DNA of 64,000 bases from positions 96,001 to 160,000 of the IMG/VR virus record IMGVR_UViG_3300026302_000005. One strand, given 5' to 3'. Below the pieces are notes generated by a model. The model did not search any database, was not told the DNA's origin, and saw only the letters and a list, made by a program, of their open reading frames with translations. Position numbers and translations under genes: made by a program. The DNA is from a virus. Its lineage: Duplodnaviria; Heunggongvirae; Uroviricota; Caudoviricetes. Positions 57,857 through 64,000 of the stretch are shown piece by piece; position 1 is the stretch's first letter, and each line of letters starts with the position of its first letter.

Positions 57857-60240
57857 AGTTCATATCCCATGACGTAGGCCGACACAACCAATCCACCGAA
57901 TGTTCCCAAAGCCGGGGAGTTCACTTGTAGGGTGATGGTGTTAACCGAGTTTGGCGTCTCTGCTCCCTGGTCGGGATCGATATACACGGCCTGATCGCCC
58001 GCACCGGCAGGACCCCAAGTCAGTGTGGCGTTGTTGACAATCTGATCAAAGATTGGTCCACCAGTTCCGACCGATACCACCGGGTCAATCGGGCTCACCC
58101 CCGGGCTGTAGGAGGACGTAACCAGAATGATCTTGGTGATGATGTGTTGCTTACCCAGCGGGAGCGTGTAGATCGGGAATGTCTGTCCAATCACTGCGGC
58201 AACCAAATTGATACCGGTGATCGACCCCAACACTCGCTGAACAGCTAGGCCGTTCAGGTAGTTCAGGGTTACTGCGTCCTGTGGATCGGTTGGATCGACG
58301 ACGTTTTTGACCTGTTTGGTGTGTGCATCGATCTGGGTTGCCGTGACGGAAAGCTCGTTCACCCCGGCGAATGAGAACCGAAGTCCACCGCCATTGACCC
58401 ACATACCTGCGTCAGGGTTGCCGACGAATGAATACGATGGGGTAGCTGCTGCTGGGGTGGCAGTTGTCCGAATCAGTGGGGCCCGTCCACCCAGGGTGGA
58501 TTGGTAGTCAGCCGTAGTCCACGCATGGACGCCCACGGTGAGTGGTAGAGCGGTGTTGATGATCTGGTTACCGGCCATATCGAGATCGCCCAACATGGTT
58601 TGCGATCCATCCCGGGCCAGTTTCTCTGTGTCGAGTTCGGTGATCGCACCCTGAACGTTGATCGATGTGATGTTTCCGCCCGGGAGGTTTGTGATTTGAA
58701 CAGCGGAATAGTCACCCGACGCCGAAATGACGTTGCCTGTGCGACCAAACACGCTGCGAACCGCTGCTGGAAGCAGGTTGTAAGCACCACCGGTGTTGTT
58801 CCAAGTCAACACGAATCCGTCTTCCGCCACACCCGGTGAACCCGTGATGACATCGCTGAGATCATTCAGAGCTATTGTCGATGATGGCAGGTTGATCAGG
58901 TCGTTGTAGTCGCCAGAGATGGCTACCAATGCCAGTCCGAGGTTACCCTGGGCGGCAGCGATGTTGGTTAGGTCGGCAAGGTTGCTTGAGGTTTGAAGGT
59001 AGCGGGTATCGTTATAGTTGCGATCACCCACATGAGTTCCGGCAGTCGGTGCAGCCGGGTTAGACAGGATGTTTCCACCCATGCTGAGGTCGCCCGTCAT
59101 GGGATCGTTGGTGCCATCCAGTCGCAGATATACGGTGTTGGCAAATGTCGTGGTGATCGCCGATAGTGGGGTTCCGGGAACAGCCGGGAGGTTGGCCAGA
59201 TCGGACCCACCGAAATCAACAGTGGTATTGGTGAACACATACGGCGTTCCATCAATATCCAGTGTCAGTTCGCCTGCTACGGAGTTATCCATAAAGGTCA
59301 GTCCACCCGCATCCAACACGATGGGGTTGCCGTCCATGTCGATGACCCCGGCCATAACACCACCGGACAGCGGTAGGAACTGGGTATCGACATAGTTCTT
59401 GGTAGCTGCATCTTGTGGGGCCAAAGGATCGAGCAGGCTGGTGATTGCTGCACCATCCATATCAAGACCGGTGATGGTCCATGTGTATTCGACACCAGAT
59501 ACGTTCAACACTACGGTGTCATCGACCAGAGCATTCAGACTGGTATCCCCGTCGATGTCGAGAACGATAGTGTTCCCGTTCATATCGATGGGGCCCAACA
59601 TGGTTCCGCCGATCAACGGCAGGAATGAACCGGTTCCGAGGACTGCGGCGTCCACATAGTTCTTTGTGGCGACATCCTGGGGGTTGACCGGGTTCAGGGC
59701 GTTGATACCGCGTTGACCGTTGAAGCTGAGGCTTTGTGTCGGTGGTAGAAGATCAGCGAATTCGTATCCGGTGCCGATGGTTCCATTCAGCACGTCAGCA
59801 ATGAGTTCGACCGATCCCACACCAACACCGGTGGAGACGATCATCTGACCGGCAGCAGTGAAATCGAGGTTGGAATATGCCGCATCGATTTGAACCTGAA
59901 TCGGCCCGGTCACACCAATCAGGTGGTTGATTTCGACAGCCGTGGCGTTGACCTGTGACAGTTTTTGTAGATCGGCCTGGGTCAATCCGAATGCGTTCAT
60001 ACCGGCCAGCAAGTTCAGGTCGAGACCACTGACGAAGACGTTGGCGATACCAACAGGGCCAGCAGAGTCGTTCAGCTTGCCATCCAGGATGCCCTGGAGA
60101 CCGATAACACTGGTGATCGGAATACTGCCACCGCCACCCATACCGGCCCCACAGGGGTGGTTCAGGATCAGTGGGGGTGTGGTAAGGCTGGTTTCGTAGC
60201 TGGCACTTGCGCATACCCCAGAATTGATTGTAACGGACAT
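57853..60240 (-). CDS. Fibre/spike structural protein
   Basis: Repeated P..PQD.ATKNYVD and L.G...M.G.LDM.GN motifs; VRSVFGRTG.V. Confidence 0.75.
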   Translation of the reverse strand: MSVTINSGVCASASYETSLTTPPLILNHPCGAGMGGGGSIPITSVIGLQGILDGKLNDSAGPVGIANVFVSGLDLNLLAGMNAFGLTQADLQKLSQVNATAVEINHLIGVTGPIQVQIDAAYSNLDFTAAGQMIVSTGVGVGSVELIADVLNGTIGTGYEFADLLPPTQSLSFNGQRGINALNPVNPQDVATKNYVDAAVLGTGSFLPLIGGTMLGPIDMNGNTIVLDIDGDTSLNALVDDTVVLNVSGVEYTWTITGLDMDGAAITSLLDPLAPQDAATKNYVDTQFLPLSGGVMAGVIDMDGNPIVLDAGGLTFMDNSVAGELTLDIDGTPYVFTNTTVDFGGSDLANLPAVPGTPLSAITTTFANTVYLRLDGTNDPMTGDLSMGGNILSNPAAPTAGTHVGDRNYNDTRYLQTSSNLADLTNIAAAQGNLGLALVAISGDYNDLINLPSSTIALNDLSDVITGSPGVAEDGFVLTWNNTGGAYNLLPAAVRSVFGRTGNVISASGDYSAVQITNLPGGNITSINVQGAITELDTEKLARDGSQTMLGDLDMAGNQIINTALPLTVGVHAWTTADYQSTLGGRAPLIRTTATPAAATPSYSFVGNPDAGMWVNGGGLRFSFAGVNELSVTATQIDAHTKQVKNVVDPTDPQDAVTLNYLNGLAVQRVLGSITGINLVAAVIGQTFPIYTLPLGKQHIITKIILVTSSYSPGVSPIDPVVSVGTGGPIFDQIVNNATLTWGPAGAGDQAVYIDPDQGAETPNSVNTITLQVNSPALGTFGGLVVSAYVMGYEL

Positions 60241-60246
60241 TGGCGA

Positions 60247-60870
60247 TTACCTCAGCATTGCGATGTTTGTGATGGCACCGGCCCGGAAGGTCCCCGGAGT
60301 GATGCCGATGTCGTTCAGAGGAGTTCCAACCACGTTCGCCAGGATCAGCGGAGTTCCGTCCGTCCGATAGATGCGAAGAACCGTCGGGGTGGGGGTGTCA
60401 GCGAAGATGATACCGGTCAATTGGATGGCCGGGGTTCCATTGATGGCGTTGGCTACCAATGAGGCGGTATCGCCGAGGCTCACGTTCACCGTGATACCGT
60501 TGATCGTGAACGATCCGTTTGCAGATACCGACGAGCCACCCACACCGTGTGCGGCTGACCAGTAGTTACCAGTGCGACAGATCACTCGAATGGATGAGAA
60601 CTCCCCTTCGGCCTCATAGGACCAGGTTCCGCCCTCGTTATCGATAATCATCTCGGCGATGTCGAACCACAGGGTTGTCTGATCGGTTTTTCCAGGATCA
60701 CCAACACTGGCTTGAACATGAATGGTTCCGGTGAACGGGCGGGCAGGATCACACTGGAATGCCATCCGCTGGACAGCATTCTGATCGCGGCTACGCTTGG
60801 ATGCCGGGACCTTTGGATTCTCGGTGACACCGCTGATCCCACCAAGATTTTCGTAAGTTAGTGCTACCAT
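60247..60870 (-). CDS. Virion structural protein
   Basis: Late motif near 60895; FTGTIHVQAS...WFDI, FTING..V...VANAIN. Confidence 0.65.
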   Translation of the reverse strand: MVALTYENLGGISGVTENPKVPASKRSRDQNAVQRMAFQCDPARPFTGTIHVQASVGDPGKTDQTTLWFDIAEMIIDNEGGTWSYEAEGEFSSIRVICRTGNYWSAAHGVGGSSVSANGSFTINGITVNVSLGDTASLVANAINGTPAIQLTGIIFADTPTPTVLRIYRTDGTPLILANVVGTPLNDIGITPGTFRAGAITNIAMLR

Positions 60871-60896
60871 GACCTGTTTTCCTTATTCATCCGTAT

Positions 60897-61394
60897 TTAT
60901 GACCTGGGAAAGCGGATCAGTTCCGCAATCGGCATACTGGCAGCATGATCCATCTGAATAACCCCAAACCGGCCACCTTTGGAACTGATCTGCATCGGAA
61001 ATACCTGGTCTTCATCATTCACAGCAAACAACGACCAGTAGAGACGATTGCCGAATATGTGATTCCCCAGGAGGAGCGTGTCGGCCTCTGACAACAGCAT
61101 TTCGACCTCTGATGCATAGGGATCATCTATCAATAGTCGCTTGTTCAGCAGGATTTCGGATTGCCCTTGGCTGATTGTTGCCGATGCCGATGGGGTCGAT
61201 TTCCAAACCACGAACTGTAGGGTGAAACGCCGTAGGTTCAACGGAACCCCATCCTGATTTCCAAATGAAAAAACAATGACTTCCGTCATACTTGGGGTAA
61301 TTCGAAACTCCCCGTCGGCCAGTCGATTCTGACGCCCCGGAAGCTGCACCTGGACACGCGGAACGTTGTATTGGATGTTGTAGGTGGTGGACAT
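60897..61394 (-). CDS. Structural protein (BppU-like Ig fold?)
   Basis: F.F.NQDG.PLNL motif; late motif near 61422. Confidence 0.55.
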   Translation of the reverse strand: MSTTYNIQYNVPRVQVQLPGRQNRLADGEFRITPSMTEVIVFSFGNQDGVPLNLRRFTLQFVVWKSTPSASATISQGQSEILLNKRLLIDDPYASEVEMLLSEADTLLLGNHIFGNRLYWSLFAVNDEDQVFPMQISSKGGRFGVIQMDHAASMPIAELIRFPRS

Positions 61395-61469
61395 TCGGGG
61401 TTTCTTCCTTGATGATCCTTGTATTTATCGGTAGATACCCTCACCGAGCAACTATATGAAAGTTACCTT

Positions 61470-61937
61470 ATGAAGCGATTCCTCGCCACCATTTTGCTGT
61501 CTCTGACGCTGACTACCCCAACCCTAGCCAAGGATTGCTCCAAGCAAGATTCGGCTGTTCAATGCCTCGCCTGCAACATCTATCATGAGGCTCGTGGCGA
61601 AGACCTCCGTGGTATGATGGCCGTGGCCCTTGTGACCGTAAACCGGATGGAGTCGGGTGAGTTCCCCGATTCGATATGCCGAGTGGTGTGGCAGTCTGGG
61701 CCGCAATTCTCCTGGACCCAGGATGGAGAGAGTGACCAGATGAGTGAACCAGGACCAGCACGTCAATCCATGCAAGTGGCATTGATGGTTCTTGCGAATA
61801 CCGATGCCCATTACGAAACAACCGGGTTGAATCCCAACGTCATGTGGTTCCACAACGGATCGGTGAAGCCCGACTGGATGAGACGTTTTGATCGTGTGGC
61901 ACGGATTGGAGGGCATACCTTCTATGAAAAACCCTGA
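61470..61937 (+). CDS. SleB-like cell wall hydrolase (Hydrolase_2) with signal peptide
   Basis: CLACNIYHEARGE, AVA.VT.NR...FP.SIC.VV.Q..QFSW, IGGHTFY; N-terminal signal peptide. Confidence 0.92.
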   Translation: MKRFLATILLSLTLTTPTLAKDCSKQDSAVQCLACNIYHEARGEDLRGMMAVALVTVNRMESGEFPDSICRVVWQSGPQFSWTQDGESDQMSEPGPARQSMQVALMVLANTDAHYETTGLNPNVMWFHNGSVKPDWMRRFDRVARIGGHTFYEKP

Positions 61938-62002
61938 TAGTTCCAGCAATGTGGTCCGAGTGGCTAAATATCAACGATACTTCTCGGCTGGAGGAAACCG
62001 CT

Positions 62003-62644
62003 ATGCCCATTAACTTCACGACCAACATCGCTCCGTTGTATGCAACCAACGTGATCACCGATGCTGCTTATCTCGCCATCCCGACCACTCGTCGCAACAA
62101 CACCTTTGAGCAAAACGTATTGACTCAGATCGAAGTCACTCGTGCTATGATGGAGTCGCTTCGTGATGAAGACCAGGCCCGGATGTTCCACTACGCCATG
62201 AGCCGCATGCTCGCTGGTGTTGCAATCGACCGCATCTATGATGATCTGACCGTCAAAGTGTCTGGCAATGTGGCACAGCCTCAACTGGCTGCTGTCAACG
62301 GCGATACCATTCGAGTGATCACCGCCACCGGCACCAACAACATCACGTTGGCTGGTGCTCCGTTCGCTTCGGCAGACGCTCTGGCAACCGCGATCAACTC
62401 TGGCTTCACCACGGTAACCCAAGTTCGTGCATTCGCCGTGAATGGTCGCATCGAGTTCCGCAACGTCACGCCGCACATTGGTGTCGAGTTCACTCTTGGT
62501 TATCACACCACCGGCACCCGTCTTCTGGACAAGCTCGGTATTGAAGCTGCAACCTATCGTAACCCGGTTGCTGCTCGTGCCAATGCTTCTCGTGATGATG
62601 CCCTGTCGCACTTCCAGCGTGTGGCTAACCCGCTGAACCCGTAA
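62003..62644 (+). CDS. Probable highly expressed virion protein
   Basis: TAAATA, GGAGG RBS, biased codon usage, terminator at 62664-62692. Confidence 0.65.
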   Translation: MPINFTTNIAPLYATNVITDAAYLAIPTTRRNNTFEQNVLTQIEVTRAMMESLRDEDQARMFHYAMSRMLAGVAIDRIYDDLTVKVSGNVAQPQLAAVNGDTIRVITATGTNNITLAGAPFASADALATAINSGFTTVTQVRAFAVNGRIEFRNVTPHIGVEFTLGYHTTGTRLLDKLGIEAATYRNPVAARANASRDDALSHFQRVANPLNP

Positions 62645-62663
62645 TCCGGTTCAACCCGTTTTG

Positions 62664-62692
62664 AAAAAGCCGTCCTTCGGGGCGGCTTTTTT
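62664..62692. terminator. Intrinsic terminator
   Basis: AAAAAGCCGTCC-TTCG-GGGCGGCTTTTT. Confidence 0.85.
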
Positions 62693-62746
62693 CTTGACAT
62701 ATGATCGCAATCCTGTTACCCAAGGGTATCATAAAGGGGGTTGAGA

Positions 62747-62875
62747 ATGAGTCGCATCATCTTTGGTCTGATCGTAGTGGCATCGTTCTTGGTGGGCTTC
62801 ATGCTTCACCGCTGGGCATGCGACACGTTTTTCCCCAATATTGGAACCGCATCCTGCATCATCATGCTTCAATAA
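62747..62875 (+). CDS. Small membrane protein (42 aa, not in the ORF track)
   Basis: MSRIIFGLIVVASFLVGFMLHRWACDTFFPNIGTASCIIMLQ; GGGGG RBS; TTGACA upstream. Confidence 0.55.
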   Translation: MSRIIFGLIVVASFLVGFMLHRWACDTFFPNIGTASCIIMLQ

Positions 62876-62885
62876 GGGGATCACC

Positions 62886-63329
62886 ATGAGCACGACCTAT
62901 TACAGCCAGATCATCTATGGTTTACCGTTGGAACATCGCCGGGTGACCAAGCACATCACCCGATATGACGAAAAGACCGGCAAGCCCTACCAGAAGCAGG
63001 TATCGGAGCGGGCCTGGGTGATTCCCGACAGCAAGCCGATGATCGAGGTCCATGTCGATTACGACGAGACCCTCCACAGCGGTATTGAAGATTTCGATGA
63101 GCTTACGGAACAGCTTTTCCATGGCGACACAGACTACTACTGTGCCGTCGGCATCGCCGTGACCGCAGCCGTCGCTCACGATGATGACGCGGTTGAATTG
63201 AACCCCGTGGTCGATGTGGTCGCTCTTCGTGAGTTGCTCCAGGATTTGGCATCCCACCGGTTCAGCCCCGAAGCGGTCGATGAAATCATGAAGCGGGCCA
63301 AGCTGTTCTTGATCTCTTACGCAAACTGA
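62886..63329 (+). CDS. Hypothetical protein
   Basis: AAGGGGA RBS; acidic ORF. Confidence 0.65.
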   Translation: MSTTYYSQIIYGLPLEHRRVTKHITRYDEKTGKPYQKQVSERAWVIPDSKPMIEVHVDYDETLHSGIEDFDELTEQLFHGDTDYYCAVGIAVTAAVAHDDDAVELNPVVDVVALRELLQDLASHRFSPEAVDEIMKRAKLFLISYAN

Positions 63330-63343
63330 GATACTTCTGCTGA

Positions 63344-63829
63344 ATGGACAACTGGTTTCCCACATACGGAAGGGTCATTTATGACCCCGACCGGGGCCGC
63401 ATGAAGAGCGGCACCGAATGGTGGTGCATTATCGAACTGGAAAATCCTGAGATTGCGGACTACTATCGGTGGATGATCGACCGATATTGGTGGGATGCCG
63501 ATAGTAGCCCGGTCAAGCGATCCTATGTGAAATCTCCACACGATCCCCATGTCAGTTTGATTCGGGGGGAGCAGCCTATCAAGAACCAACATCTGTGGGG
63601 GGTCTATCGGGCCAACCAGCGGGTGCGGTTGTGGTATAACAACGACATTCGTCAGACCCTGTTGCGTGGGCCCGAGGCCACCGATAAGTTTTGGTTCGTC
63701 GAGGCCCGATGGAAGTTCTACCTCAGTATGAGACGGATGTTTGGTTTGGCCACAGAGTGGGAAGGAAGGAAATATCGCCCACACTTGACGGTTGCCCAGA
63801 CTCACATCTTGACACCGACCCAGGCATAG
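63344..63829 (+). CDS. 2H phosphoesterase superfamily protein
   Basis: Two Hx[ST] motifs: PHVSL and PHLTV. Confidence 0.75.
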   Translation: MDNWFPTYGRVIYDPDRGRMKSGTEWWCIIELENPEIADYYRWMIDRYWWDADSSPVKRSYVKSPHDPHVSLIRGEQPIKNQHLWGVYRANQRVRLWYNNDIRQTLLRGPEATDKFWFVEARWKFYLSMRRMFGLATEWEGRKYRPHLTVAQTHILTPTQA

Positions 63830-63858
63830 ATTAGGTTCCCTGAACCACAGGAACCAGC

Positions 63859-64000
63859 ATGAGCAGAATTTTCGATGAGTTTCAGACATTGGTGATGTCG
63901 AGGCCCAACTACCGGGCACACGACTATACCAACATCAACTGTCCCGCCTGTGGGGACAGACGGAAGCGTGGTGGCTTCCGTCCGACTCCGACTGGTGGCT
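63859..64000 (+). CDS. DNA primase N-terminal Zn-binding region (partial, runs off the window)
   Basis: AGGA RBS; MSRIFDEF...INCPACGDRRKRGGF. Confidence 0.6.
   Translation, partial: MSRIFDEFQTLVMSRPNYRAHDYTNINCPACGDRRKRGGFRPTPTGG

Noticed and set aside
1-64000. Stop-codon reassignment as seen in some large phages
   Set aside because: Core genes are intact in code 11 and use TAA, TGA and TAG as stops. The two broken fibre genes involve frame changes, not in-frame stops.

Overview
This window is 64 kb of a large, T4-like (contractile-tailed, probably jumbo) phage genome in standard genetic code. The host is most likely an alphaproteobacterium, judged from a two-piece permuted tmRNA with a GGCAG T-loop and from TTGACG-N17-(GC)TATAC promoters. 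It holds the neck, tail terminator, sheath, tube, head-completion and terminase genes, the gp32/UvsX/UvsY/UvsW block, a miniature DnaE-type polymerase, several very large fibre/spike genes and translation/RNA-repair accessories (bS21, Thg1, Pnkp, a 2H phosphoesterase, tmRNA). The most striking observation lies at 13.6-22.7 kb: six genes share an N-terminal M[RK]L..L.E leader and have [LIVM]-x-E junctions between domains. They look like protease-processed, capsid-packaged polyproteins carrying about 8 ADP-ribosyltransferase-like domains, a GNAT, a ParB-like domain and a Cys-His-Asp enzyme, followed by a NADAR gene. Other notable items are two fibre genes each split by a +1 frameshift near the 5' end, repeated early promoters with an embedded CcrM/GcrA-type TGATTCG site, and a G-poor leader before gp32. 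All product calls come from motif recognition by eye; no database searches were run.
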